This document shows, in pieces, positions 1 through 13,327 of a stretch of 64,000 bases of DNA. Under the pieces are notes generated by a model that was not told the origin of the DNA, searched no databases, and was given only the letters and a program-made list of their open reading frames with translations. A program made the translations under genes and the position numbers. Where the stretch lies: assembly GCA_976226885.1 (NCBI GenBank), contig OZ320318.1:81344001-81408000 (forward strand), read 5' to 3'. The first letter of the stretch is position 1. Each line of letters opens with the position of its first letter. Origin of the DNA: Iphione sp. A-MEVVRFRX5 (lineage: Eukaryota).

Positions 1-229
1 ACGTTTTTGCACTGGAAACATTGAAAATAAGGTGGACTTGTCCTAAAATCGGCTTGGTTGGCAGCCATTTCACCTACTAATAAAATACACAAGTGATTGC
101 CGCGCCACATTCGAGAAATTGTCGGATATCCATCAGCGACAATACACGGTACAAACACATTTATCCCCACCCTCCACAAAAATGGTCCATGTCTATCGCA
201 TTTTTCATCGGTGCAACTGCCACGGCTTC

Positions 230-481
230 TCATGTGACATGTCATGTGATGATCGGTCAAAGCTGCATTCATTCATGCTAATACCGGCCCCCATCCCCCC
301 GCTCTCACTCGGGGAGGGGATCCACTACTAGTTGATAAGACGGTGTGAGATAACGGCCCACCTGTACCAGGTGTCAGGAAACTGGTCACTTCCTCACGTA
401 TTTATAAACCAAGTCGTCACAGGCAGCACCAGATAGGCGTGGTCCAGTTACATCGCCGGCCGGGCTTGTTGGCATGTTGGT
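230..481 (+). promoter_or_regulatory. Candidate TATA promoter with tandem M-boxes and a short first exon
   Basis: TCATGTGA at 230-237 and 242-249, CACTTCCT at ~388, TATTTATAAA at 399-408 and a donor-like TTG|gtaggt at 480. Confidence 0.35.
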
Positions 482-533
482 AGGTTAGTTTAGCTAAGTT
501 GTAGGAATGTTTGTGTAACTGAGGTAACTGTAA

Positions 534-571
<38 letters not shown>

Positions 572-578
<7 letters not shown>

Positions 579-687
579 CCTCACATAAACACACATGCTG
601 CACAGTGTGTGGCAAATTATGTGCAGGCCAATGGGGGGGGGGGGGATGAATGGCAGAGCGTGTTCTCTCTCTCTGTCTCTCTCTGTC

Positions 688-754
<67 letters not shown>

Positions 755-807
755 TATCCTCACATAAACACACATGTTGCACAGTGTGTGGCAAATTATG
801 TGCAGGC
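572..807 (+). repeat. 57-bp direct duplication (572-628 and 751-807) among (CT)n/(CA)n/(GTCT)n microsatellites
   Basis: cacatatcctcacataaacacacatg(c/t)tgcacagtgtgtggcaaattatgtgcaggc occurs twice with one mismatch. Confidence 0.9.
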
Positions 808-1810
808 TTAAAAAAAGAAAGACATTAGGTACTAAGCGCAGGTGCTTTGTACGCGAAAATACTTACAAACAGAAAGACACCCAGTGACCTGCAGAGATCA
901 CCCTCAGTAACATCCACATCCATCCTCTGGGAACATTAACGACGTTTCCACAACTAAAAAACCGTCTTTGGCAGCCGATGGGACACATTACTGGGACACA
1001 CTAGTCTCATTGCCTCTTATTCTCTCTACTCCATTCATGAAGAAGTGTATGATACCTTTTGTGTTTTTTTTGTTTATTTTCGTCTTAATTTCGTAATTTG
1101 ATTTTTGTGGTTGTTATTTGTGTATAGATGTGGCATTCCTCAGTGAGTTTTTCTTTACCCGTTCATAGGCCGACCTCTCCTCCGCTCCTGGGAGGAGTAT
1201 TATAGACCTTGCTAATATGTATTGCTAGCATATGCGTATCGCGATCGTGGCACACTCGCACGACGTGCTAGTTGTTTGTATATTTGTACATCTTTTGACC
1301 CATTCCATTTAGCATCGAGCTGGTTTCTCCCCAATCCAGCCCTGTGTCTTACTTCCCTGCAACGATCAAAGTCCATCAAACCTTCGAACGAATACATAAT
1401 GGAGAACACATGAATAGCTTGGAAAAGTTCGTGCGTAGATATGCCCGAGGACTTTCATGTATCCATTTTTTTTCCATATTGTGCTTGATCCTCTCAGGTC
1501 ACATTACTGCGTGGGGGGTTGAAACATTGTAGCAAATGGCGCAGACTAAGTTATTCCACATGACCTTGCCAAGTGCGTGACCTCTAATCAACCCAGAAAC
1601 GCAGCGTCCATCGGAGCGTCCTTTTCAGCTGGGTAATGGGAAGGAGCCGGGGAAAGAGGGGTGGGGGGCGCAATCTAGGTGGGGAGGGCATTATACATAT
1701 TTTATACATTTTTTGGCGGACTTCCAATACTTCGACCTGTTTGTACCTCGCCAAGAATGTATAGGACAGTAGTGTATGAATCCTGTGGGACGCCCTGAAT
1801 ATAACTGTTG

Positions 1811-2280
1811 TTGTCCCCCGCCTCATAGAGGGGGGGACATTAGGAATGCTGCCAGCTGGTGTCCCGACCATCCGTCACACTCTTGTGGGTCTTATAAGTC
1901 TTAAACCCTTCACTCAAAGAAACTGATTTTAATATATGATATTGGTATATATGGCCCCATGGCACTGGGTAATTTTGGTAGTAATTCAAATATTTTGAAG
2001 GTGAAATTATGCCAATTTTACTCTTTTCCTAACACACCTACAAACATACATACCTGGTTCAGGGGTTCTTAGGTCTGACAATGCAGATACATACACACTC
2101 AGTGCTCAGTCAAGCAGAACCGAGGGTTTGTAGCAGTCTGGTGCTCAGTGAGGCAGAACCGAGGGCTCTGTGCCCGGTCAGGCAGAACCGAGAGTTGTAA
2201 ACCTGAAGGACTTAAACAAGTCTAGCCAACTACCCCCAAAACAAGCTGCCAATCAAGGTGGTTGTAAGGAGAGAGAGACA

Positions 2281-2315
<35 letters not shown>

Positions 2316-2416
2316 TTTTCTCTCTCTTTCTCTCCCCTTCTTCCCCCCCCCCCCCCCCCATCTTTATGGGCAGTTGATGGCGGGGGACAATAGACCTCAC
2401 AGGTCCACACTCTTGT
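1811..2416 (+). mobile_element. Non-autonomous Helentron-type (HINE/DINE-1-like) element, copy 1
   Basis: 12-bp subterminal inverted repeats TTGTCCCCCGCC (1811) and GGCGGGGGACAA (2379-2390). Also a 5' internal palindrome gtccccc...ggggggac, internal (CA)n/(CT)n tracts, three short internal repeats (gcagaaccgag) and a 3' mini-hairpin GACCT-cac-AGGTC (2393-2405). Near-identical to copy 2. The family call rests on architecture only. Confidence 0.7.
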
Positions 2417-2883
2417 TCTGTTTATGTTGACGTCGTTATCATTCTTGTCGGCACTCTTCATCATCCTTATTGATAATAATGGAGATGATGGTGGTGGTTG
2501 TTGTTGTTGCTGCTGATGCTGTGGTAATGTAAAATGCTTGTCTTTGCCACGAGAGTCACAGTCTGGGCTTACGTTTGGGACAGAGAAATGGGGCCATATG
2601 TGCACTAAGAGAGAATTGCTCATAATTATAAATAGTCTGGTAACAGTCGGGTTTCATTGTCAGTAATTGTTGTTGAAGCGTTTTAGGAACTTCTGATATC
2701 CTTTTCAGTTATGAGGAAATAACAGATTTTCAGTGCACATGCGCTGAAATATTGCACAGCCTTGTCACCCCACCCTATTTATTTTTCTGTGTGTGTGTGT
2801 GTGTGTGTGTCTGTGTCTGTGTGTCTGTGTCAGTGTGTGTGCCTCTCTCTCATCCCCCATCGCTCTGTCCGTCTGTCCGTCCA

Positions 2884-2964
<81 letters not shown>

Positions 2965-3487
2965 ATATACTAAAGGGAAATCGAGGATACTGTATTAGTG
3001 ATAAGTAGACATGTTTTTTTTTCTATTCCTCTGTAATTTCACGCCCGAGTCAAATGATGAGATTTGCGTAGATCACAGGCATCGGTTCTTTGTAATCTTG
3101 GCTATCGTCCCGATGCTAAGCTCTGCCCTATACTGCCCAGTACTGCCCATGCCTGTAGTGTGGTACACGTGTACCTAAGTGAATACTCGATCTGGCCCCG
3201 TTAATCACCTCCATGTTCACGTTTGATCTGCGCCTGCCAGCAACTGCAATGTTGGAGCCCCATTGTCCTAAACACACGGAAGAAAAACAGTATGCAGGTG
3301 TGCGGGTGATTGATCATGTGGTCTATGGTGTATATGTGGTTATTTGTCTGCATGAAATGAACACTATCGCCTGGTCTCACTTGCATGAGTTTTTGTGTTC
3401 AGGCATTCAATTGCTCTCGGAGTTATTGCTCGCTGGCCTACCTACGCTTGAGTGAGTTTTTTTTTCTGGCCATCACAGCACTATTAG

Positions 3488-3760
3488 TGTACTCCTCTTA
3501 GTATGAGTGGGACGAGTCTGATTGGCTGTATTCACTCATCATTTATATGTCTAAACAGCTCTATAGCCTACTTCTGTTTGTATGAGCGGGTCCAGCCTGA
3601 TGGGCTATAGTCACTCACCACTGTCAACTTCTGATTGAGTGACTTGGAAATTTCTTTACAGTTCTATAGTCTACTCCTGTTTGTCCGAGTGGGACGAGTC
3701 TGATGGGCTGTAGTTACATATCGTAGTCTACATCTCTGATTGAATGACTATAGACACACC
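3488..3760 (+). repeat. Degenerate tandem repeat (~3 copies, ~80-100 bp)
   Basis: Recurring tactcctgtttgtatgagtgggacgagtctgat(t/g)ggct(g/a)ta(g/t)tcactca-like unit. Confidence 0.75.
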
Positions 3761-4279
3761 CAGGCAGCCCCTATTTCAACTAGTGAGAGCAACCTGACCA
3801 GTTGATTGGCCGCGTGTACGTGAAATATCTGCATCATTTATTGATTGTCGTTCGCGTCTGGGCAGTGTGCCATCGCGCATGTGACCGTCACAAGATTAAT
3901 CAATTACCATTGGTCGTCTGGGCAATTGGTGATAACAGTGACGAAGAGTAGCTCCGACACTTCTAAGAGTCGTAGGGAAAGTGAGACAGCCCCCCTCTCC
4001 CCCCCCCCCACCACTAAATCTGGGAACAGCAGTGGAGAGACGAACGTACCAGTGGGGTGTATTTTGTGTTTTCTCGCCTCCGCCTTTCAGTAATATTTAC
4101 ATAATTACATACGTTATCCATCTTTTGGGAGGTCATATTGAATTCTATGTAATACCCCCTTCCTCGTTTGTAACTATGGCAAGCCTGATTTATAAAGATA
4201 TCATTTTAAATGTCTTTTTTTGTGTGTTTGGACATGCATTAGAACTTTTTTCTCGCGTTTTTTCCTAATCATCTCTTTT

Positions 4280-4872
4280 TTGTCCCCCGCCTCATAGAGG
4301 GGGGGACATTAGGAATGCTGCCAGCTGGTGTCCCGACCATCCGTCACACTCTTGTGGGTCTTATAAGTCTTAAACCCTTTACTTAAAAAAACTGATTTTA
4401 ATATATGATATTGGTATATATGGCCCCATGGCACTGGGTAATTTTGGTAGTAATTCAAATATTTTGAAGGTGAAATTATGCCAATTTTACTCTTTTCCTA
4501 ACACACCTACCAACATACATACCTGGTTCAGGGGTTCCTAGGTCTGACAATGCAGATACATACACACTCAGTGCTCAGTCATGCAGAACCGAGGGTTTGT
4601 AGCAGTCTGGTGCTCAGTGAGGCAGAACCGAGGGGGCTGTGCCCAGTCAGGCAGAACCGAGAGTTGTAAACCTGAAGGACTTAAACAAGTCTAGCCAACT
4701 ACCCCAAAACAAGCTACCAATCAAGGTTGTTGTAAGGAGAGAGAGACACCACGCACACACACACACTCATTCTCATTTTCTCTCTCTTTCTCTCTCCTTC
4801 TTCCCCCCCCCCCCCATGTTTATGGGCAGTTGATGGCGGGGGACAATAGACCTCACAGGTCCACACTCTTGT
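4280..4872 (+). mobile_element. Non-autonomous Helentron-type element, copy 2
   Basis: Direct copy of 1811-2416 with unrelated flanks. subTIRs at 4280 and 4835-4846; starts in a T-run; shorter microsatellite. Confidence 0.7.
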
Positions 4873-7249
4873 CTCCCTCGTAAAACATTTTTGCAACATT
4901 AACTTCTTTAAAAAGAGTGACCCTGACGGTTACGAACGTAACAGTCATTTACGTAGGCGTACTGCTTCCAGTCCGGACCCTAACAGTGAAACCCTTCCCA
5001 GTCGTAACCCTTACCATGAGCCTGCCTGTCATGATCCTAAAAGATACCTCCACTAACTCACCTTCCCACCCACCCACCCACCCACCCACCTGTCTATGTA
5101 CAGATTCAACCAGGTGAGTCTCTGCCTCCCATTCTGCTCCAACAGTCCTGACCCCCACCCCCTTCCCCGCAGGTAATACAGTTATGAGGACGGACAGACG
5201 AACTGCCACGGCAGGCTAAAAAGTCAGGCTTACGGACTATGCAGGGATGTTGCTAGTATGGACAACCCAACCCACGCAGCAGTTTGACATATATGGATTG
5301 TTGGAGTCCCTTGTCATAGTATACATTGCATATAACTTAAATGAACTGCCCCCCCCCCCCCCAGGTAATACCACGGCAGAGCCAACTACCATGTCAGGTT
5401 TAGGTAAGACGGGTTTGGCAACCTTATGGTTTGCCCGGCCCTCACCTCCCCCCCCTCCTACTCCCACTGCCAAATCCTGAACACTCAGCTCTCCTCCTAG
5501 ACTGATCAAAGATCGCGTGATCACAACGGGGGGGGGGGGGGCGTTGCAGCCAAGAATTATTCATGTGTGTTTTTTGTGAGGTGATCAAGGCAGTGGTGGG
5601 GGGGGGGGGGGGCGGAGGGAGGCGGTGTTCTTGGGTTGCGGAGAGTAAGGTGGAGGTGCTTTGTCGAGGCTGTCCCTTAATACTGGATTGAAGTAGCCCG
5701 AGTCGACGGTCGACTATTGAAATACAGTAAGGTCTTAGTCAGCAGTAACATAAGCTTGTAAGACCACCCCACCCATGGTCTCAAGTGGCAAGCGAGAAGA
5801 TAGGTGTTAAGGAGGCAAACGTCCTTGAATTACGCATTATCAGCTCGATCTAGTCAATATATATATTATGTGTATATACGCATATATATATACGTGCACT
5901 TCCTTTCACTTCTTTTCTCCATTCTCTAATCTTCTATCCTTGCGTCTGGCCACACGCCTACGCCTTTAAAATTTTATCTTCGAACACTGACAAGTGATGC
6001 TTATAGCTGGCACCTCTATGCCAAAATGTTAAAAATGATTTCTGTTATGTAAAGCTCTTTCCAAACGCCTTAGTCATCCATCTCTTCCCAAGTGTTATTA
6101 GTTTTTTTCCCAAACCAAGTGCGTGTTCATTAATGAGATACCATCACTCTTGAAGGCTCAGCTGACAAGCGGGAGTATGTTTTGTATATTTGTTTGTTGA
6201 TATAATTCTCTCTGAGGACAGAGCTGCGAATGCCAGTAGGAATATCTCGAGGTCGATCTAGGAGAAGGGTGTGTCTGTACACCTGAAAGGTTAACCAATC
6301 AAATCGCAGCATTGTCCAGGGTGTTTTTTTTTTACCTACGTCGTTTGGTAGATTGGTTGGCTGCCACCGGGTGGGCCTGCAGGGATTAAGACGGGACTTA
6401 AAAGCTGGTCAGTTATTGAAACTTTTCCAGGTTTGACTTGGAACGCTGCCATCTGGCCAGCCAAAGACCAGACCTCCCAACACCAAGGCGAGACTTGAAC
6501 AGTCTTTAACTAGAGGGAGAGAAAAGCATCAACACATTCTGCTCCTGACCTAGAAGATCCCCACTGAAGCTCAGCATAAAATGCAGAGCATATTTATACA
6601 CACCTGTATATTTACCCTCCACCAAAGAGGCCCAGTTCATGTGGTTCGTTGACTTCGAAACAGGCCCTTCAAGAAAACGTGTTCACAGCTAGGCATACCC
6701 CATCCTCCCCCAGGTCATCTGCCACCAAAGTATTTACCCGTAACAGGTAACACGCACGCATATACGTGCATATACATACATGTATAATATACATGCACAT
6801 ATTTCTTCATATAGGAAAGATATGCAAATATATAAAGAGTTGTCCCTAGGATGAAACCGGTTACAGCCGTGCTCTTCACAACCGACCACCACCACCACCA
6901 TGTCTGGGAGGCACAGTGTAGAGGGGTCCTGTAAACTGGGTCCTTGTGCAAAGACGGTAGGGACTAGGAGACCCAAAGGTTCACCCACCAAGAATTACAG
7001 GTCGACGCAGCCAGGTGTGACGATCATCTTCCCAGTAGCTCACTAGCATTCAAGATTAGGGGAGGTCTTCGTTCAGTTATCGTCCTAAAAAAATATTTTC
7101 TTAAGGATACTGGATGCAACAAGTATACACCCGAAAAGGGAAGTAACTGAACATTGTATCGTATTCCTGTATGTGTGTGTGTGTATGTGTTGATGTGTAT
7201 GCGAGAACGCACGTGTGCATGCGTGTGTTGGTTTGCGTGCGTGTGTGTA

Positions 7250-7288
<39 letters not shown>

Positions 7289-7331
7289 ATTCGAGTGATT
7301 AGAGTCGCTGGTGGATACCTGATTAATACAG

Positions 7332-7366
<35 letters not shown>

Positions 7367-10300
7367 TACACACACACGTGCGCGTGCGCGTGCTTACTCA
7401 GATGGAGACAGACGAGACTCCTTAGGAGAAAAATAAAACATATGCTACCCAGAATACATGTTGGGGAAAAGCAAGACTGGAAGCTACTAGCTCCAAAAGA
7501 GACATGGGACAAATAGGTCGAGAGGCAGACAAGCAGACAGAGAAGAGTTCTCTCTCTTAAGGCCCCTTCAGGTCATCAGTCAGCAGGGGACACAGGGTCA
7601 CCCCTACTCCCCACCGCCCCACCAACCCCCCATACAGAGAGGCACCAAACTCGACAGAAGCAAGCATTAGAACATGTTAAAATTGTTCGCTTTCTTATCT
7701 ACTCCACTCTACAACAATACGCAATAACTGCCCAGCAGACGACATTGCAAGACGCGGAGACTTGCATTTTTTTTTCTTTATCGCAGTGCTACCTAAAACG
7801 TTGAACAGCCACGTAGAGTGCAGTCATACCTGGCTGGAAATGGAGCAGAACTCAGCGAGGAGGTGGGGGAGGGAGGAATTAAACTGTATGAATATGACAT
7901 TATTATATATGGCGTCTTTCTTGCACAGTGATCTCCGCGTAGGAGGATTACGTTCTGTGTGGTACGAGCCATTGCGCTCCCTTTAGTCAACTTTGTTGTA
8001 GTTTTACCTGCGGGGGGCACTTCCAAGAGTGTAAATCCGCTTCTGACGGCAACTGATCAGCCTAAATATGTAGAATTTAATAGAACATATTCCCCTCCCT
8101 CTGCGGAGAGAGAGTCATCAAATATTGGGTATAAAAACAGAAAATGTCAGTGCGTTATTGAATGATGACAGCACTTGTGGCCTGGACCACGCTTCTCAAC
8201 TTAAGACTTCACATTTAATATTCACATGCTTCCTGGTTTGTGTCATGTTGTAGAATGATTCATTCATTATGTCCAGAGTTATGGTTTCTAAGGAAAATAA
8301 ATTAAAAACAAAAATTCGGGAATGATGTACTTCAGAATTATTGGAGAATGATTTAGTTAGAAGAGCATATGTGTATTAGATATTGACCTCCCCCCCCCAA
8401 AAAAAAAGTGTTTTTCCCCCCAAACTAATAGTTGGCAGTAGCAAAATGGATGGACATCTGCCGAGGTAACCAGATCTGATCGTTCTTGGCAATAGATACT
8501 CACATAAATTGTGTTCAAAGTGGAAGATCGTACACAATAATAAAAGAAATCCGCGTGTGGGGCTAAACCTGCGAAGTTTAGACATTAATTAAACGGGTAT
8601 GCATAGCTTAGCTCTAAGTAGGAAAAGGGCAGTGTGAGTGTGTCTGTGTGTGCGATTTTGCGTACATGTTACGGTAAGTGTGAGAGAGAGACGGGCTTGG
8701 TATTAGTTTGATGGACGTGGTAGCAGCCAGCAGTGCTGAAATCACTTACTTTTTCATGTCAATGACAATGCACCTTTCCATTGCATCGATATATATATAT
8801 ATATATATATATAGTATAAGCCTCAGTGTGCAGTGTTTCATCCTTTGATACACGGGAAGGTTTTTCACCGCTCACATGAGTGATCGTGCCATTTTTGTTT
8901 GAATATCTCAAAATAAACCATTACACTTGTTCACACTTCATCTGTGCTTTGACCCTACATCTACCATACATTTTTTCATGTAGAAATGCATCCGAAACAT
9001 ACATGGCTCAATATTTCATCAAAATTTCCTGGGTTTTTTTCACGCACAATTTACCCGCAGGCGACTAACGTACGCAGAGATGGATATTCGCCGTAGTGTA
9101 CCTATTTCCCATGTAAGATGATGATTGTATTAGACGTGACGACGTCATTCACATGTTCCATCCTTAGACCAGCATCTTGTTAATGCCGTATCAGTATTAA
9201 GAGGCATTGCATTGGATGGCATAACTTAGGAAATGAACGTAGCTAAGTGTTAGTATGGCTTTCACAAGCGGACTTTTTGGTGACTTTTTTTACTGTACAC
9301 GTGACATCTTTCGAGTACTACTTTTTTTTTGGGGGGGGGGGAATTTCCAGAATCCATATCGTCCTAGTTTTCGGCCCTTAGACAAACTGTGTGTCAAGAG
9401 AGTTGTTGAGCGCGCACTGATGCCCATGCACGTACTTCACAGACGCGCGCATGCGCACACGAAAGATGACATAGACATACAGGTCAAGGTACAGACTACA
9501 CACCTGTAGAAGCGGACGCAAGTGCTTGCCTTTCTCCCCCCCCCCCCCACACACACACTCACTCACTTACTCACTCACCCAACTCACTCACTCACCGCTA
9601 CCTACCCGCACCTAACTTCTGCCAATCCTGTCAATTCAAATACCAACCAGCACCCACCTCGCCACATGTCTCATGCCTTCCCTATAATCTCACCACATCT
9701 ACTTACCACCTTCCGACATCTTTACTTTCGGGCCTGCATGCTTCTACACACATCTCGCCACAGCGTCAGATGAACCCCCACTTCCACCACCGGCTCCACC
9801 CCTATCATCACACACCTAGCACAGCTTAATGGGCCAGTCTGACTGCTGAGGTAATAAAGAGTGAAACGGGAGTTAAACAGGCTCCATTTTCCCACCAGGT
9901 AAAAACTTCAATACGGAGAGGGGCGTTTGATTGATTACACTCTGGACGTGTACAGCATGTAAATCAACTTCTGCATTTGTATGACGGGTTTTCCATGCAC
10001 ACATACATGTATTCATACTTTTCAGATGCATTGCCATTTTTGTAATTGTTGTATCGTCACAGACAGGGCTTCATGAGTGGCTTCCCATGTAGATGTATTC
10101 AAAAGGATAGAGAAAACGGGCCCTGGGGTCCATGTCGAGAACTAATATTAGTTTAAATCAACCTCTCACATAACCCACACCCAGATCCATAGGCGTTAAA
10201 AACTTCTGGTTCATCAGTTGGTATCACAGTGATGCATTGCTAAGCATTATGTCTGGACACTTGCGTAGTACATGTAGCTTGTATATTCCTTATATTCTCA

Positions 10301-11636
10301 TCTCTCAACCATGTCCAAGCAACGCATCCAGAAGCATGAATATGTGTACATGGAAAATCTCCTGTGTGTTTGCATGTGTCAGTCTGTGTGTCTGTCAGTC
10401 TGTTTTCGTTTCTCTCTGAGAGAAAGACAGACACACTTGAGGACATACACATGTAGAGTGGCAGGAAGAGAGACAGATACACAGACACACAGGCAGATTG
10501 AGATCGGGAGGGAGAGACAGAGTTTATCCGTGAGTGACAGTATGTTAATACCGTCGCCTAGCGGTATATGAACGAGGAGTAGGACTGGTTATATTTACCT
10601 GACCGAGTGGCTTAAATGCACTCACTGGTATTTTTTTGGTTTTTAATCCTGTAGGTTAGTTGCTTGAATGTGAGTATTTCAGTGTCTACATCGCTGGCAT
10701 TCCAGTTTGTGTGTCTTTGTGCACAGGCCTAGGTGTATTAGTGTGTATCTACTGTTATCTCTATCGGTGTGCATCTTCGTGTTTTGCAAAATGTGGGTGC
10801 GTTTCTGTGTTGTTTTCTAGATGTCATTGAAGTGGACTAGTGAGGTGAGGTGTATTTATGTACTTGTTACCAGACTATACTACTGTCGGTGTGTGCGTAC
10901 GTCTGTGTCTGTCAATGCGTGTGTGTGTTTGTCTTGTAAGTGTCGGTGAAGTAGACTGGAGTGAGTTGAGGTGGTATATTTACTTCTCAGCAGACTACAC
11001 TACTGTCTAGAACTGTATCGTCTGCCCGTGACGTCACCGTCGCTGGTTTTACCCTAGATCACCCCGCTCGCCACAAACAGCAGTCCCTCTCCCCACCCCC
11101 ACCCTCCAAGCTCTCCCCTTCTATGCCTCATAATGCCATACTTCATAACCACGTCCTAAAAACATCACAGATGCTAGGAAGACCGGTGGTAAGCAAGTAG
11201 TACATGTATACACCTGCTCCCGTGATGTCGGTCATAGCCAGTTGGGGGGGGGGGGCCTTGTGGAGAGACCGGAGGATGATTTCGTAGGTATGGTTCTTCA
11301 TACTGGGGAGGAGAAAGGGAGGGGGGCAGAGAGAAGGGTGATTTGTATGTTTGTTATTGCGTCTGGATGAGATAATGGGGTGAGGAAGCGGGCCAGGAAC
11401 TAAAATGGTGTGCATGCTTGTGTTTCTATCTTTCGCTGGTTTATTTTAAAACGTTTAAAAGAACATGAAGCGCTCTGAGTGAGTGCAAAGATGCACAACA
11501 AGTTGAATGTAAAGATGCATAACAGATGAAAGTGAAATTCATGAAAAACAAATTCAGTGGTCCATAGATGTGCCCACGGGAACGTCATTTTGATGTCAGT
11601 TGTCAGATATCATGACCGTGGCAAAGTGACTAATTT

Positions 11637-11950
11637 GTAGTCAAATAGATATTAGGCCCATTTTTATGCGAGCGAGTAGTCAATAGTTAGAATCCATGTC
11701 CATGGCGATGTTGAAAAGTAGTCAGTAACCAGGTAGAGGTTGTGTCTTTAGGAATGTAAACGTGCAGTAGTCAGTTTGTTACCTCTGTGGTAATGTGACA
11801 AAGTAAAAAGTATTCAGGCAGATTTCAGGTCCAAAGTAACCTGACCCAGTAGTCAGTAGTCTCACAGATATCAGGTCCGTAGTCAACCAGTAGTCAGGTT
11901 GATATAATACAGGATCCATGGGAACATAACGACCAGAAACCAGTAGTTAT
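11637..11950 (+). repeat. Degenerate minisatellite built on GTAGTCA
   Basis: The motif (a/c/g)gtagtca recurs about eight times. Confidence 0.6.
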
Positions 11951-12443
11951 ATAAGACAGCAGAGCTTCGGACCAGCCCCTCAGTACCTCGGCTCGTTAAC
12001 ATGCGTGCCCATTTTTTTTTCCCGAGAGGCCCCCTCCCCTTTCTTCCTTGTTTCTTAGAAATCAATTAATAGTAGTTTACTACCTATTACGGTCCTTAAG
12101 GCTAATCAGAATGCGCCTCCTTCTTTCTACAGCGCCCCCTGTAGCAGACAGGTTAACACACGTCAGATGATAACGAGAGTGAGGAAATGGCGTGGTAGTG
12201 GCTATCTCTGATTGTTGTTAAACCTCCACTGAGTGGGGTTTAAGAGAGATAAGAGCTACACTTGTCACAGGTACGGAAATAAAAGCCCAGATAACAGGTG
12301 TACGTGGTATCAGGTGTCCAGAGACGATGAGAGGTACTTGGGTTGTTGATGGTCCTTCAACTGATTAGAGAACATGGGTCTTTTATCTTTCTTATCTTTT
12401 CTGGGACAACGCTACCACTGGGGCTGGGGCTCTGCCATTCATT

Positions 12444-12450
<7 letters not shown>

Positions 12451-12522
<72 letters not shown>
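12451..12522. repeat. (CT)n microsatellite
   Basis: Perfect run seen directly. Similar CT, CA, GTCT and AT runs occur at ~534-575, 665-750, 2770-2960, 7250-7380, 8790-8812 and 14760-14785. Confidence 0.95.
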
Positions 12523-12525
<3 letters not shown>

Positions 12526-13232
12526 CCTGCCCCTCTCTCCCTCTATTCCTCCCCATTCCCCTCTTGTCACTCCTCCCCTTCCCCGTCTACGCCCCTCCTT
12601 TGTCCAGGAGCTCACTGGCAGTGTTAAGTACCTGGAGATATGTCCTGAAGTGATCTGTACCTTAAGTGGCGGTTCAAAGCGATGACCAGTTTGTCATGTG
12701 CCCGTCTCCTTACTGCCTGTCTCTACTGTCTCCCTGTCTCTACCTCCTCGTCCTTCATCTGACTGCTTAGTCTACGCCCTGCCACGCTTTCATACATACA
12801 CTTCATGTGTCTTCCGTGATAACAGTATGCGTATAATATGCAGTAGAATCTTGAACACGAAGCACCCTTTTAGACCTGGTACATATGGCTGGAGCAGAAT
12901 AATAGTTTGGTTATACATGGTTCCATCCTTAAATGGGGGGAGTTTCACTGGGAACCAAAAATGTTCTGCTGTACATTTTGTACATGTTTCTCTCCCTCAG
13001 GATCCATTCACCCTCTCTCGTATTATAATCGACGAATCGCTATGACACCGTTACTATGTTGATTGTTTTACTATTTGTGATGTCACAATAGAATTTCCAC
13101 CAGTCAGCATGCTGTATTTCCAGACATTGTCTTAAGAAATGGTAAACATAAGTGCTGTAACGGGTTCGTTCTACTGCAGGGGATTCGTCAATTCTTATTC
13201 CTTGACCTCATACTAGCTTCAGTCCCATGCCA

Positions 13233-13327
13233 CTCCCTCCCTCCCTCCCTCCCTCCCTCCCTCCCTCCCTCCCTCCCTCCCTCCCTCCCTCCCTCCCTCC
13301 CTCCCTCCCTCCCTCCCTCCCTCCCTC
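13233..13327. repeat. (CCCT)n microsatellite (~23 units), homopurine/homopyrimidine mirror repeat
   Basis: Seen directly. Confidence 0.95.

Noticed and set aside
6130-7100. Minus-strand exon-like segments (VYRHTLLLDRPRDIPTG..., LKTVQVSPW..., a TM-like WWWWWSVVKSTAVTGFILG)
   Set aside because: Splice-like signals exist, but the phases give stops, the implied intron is only ~57 nt, and I recognise no family.
547-13045. Many 60-160 aa ORFs such as RERERE, CVCVCV, HTHTHT and SLSLSL
   Set aside because: These are translations of microsatellites, which lack stop codons.
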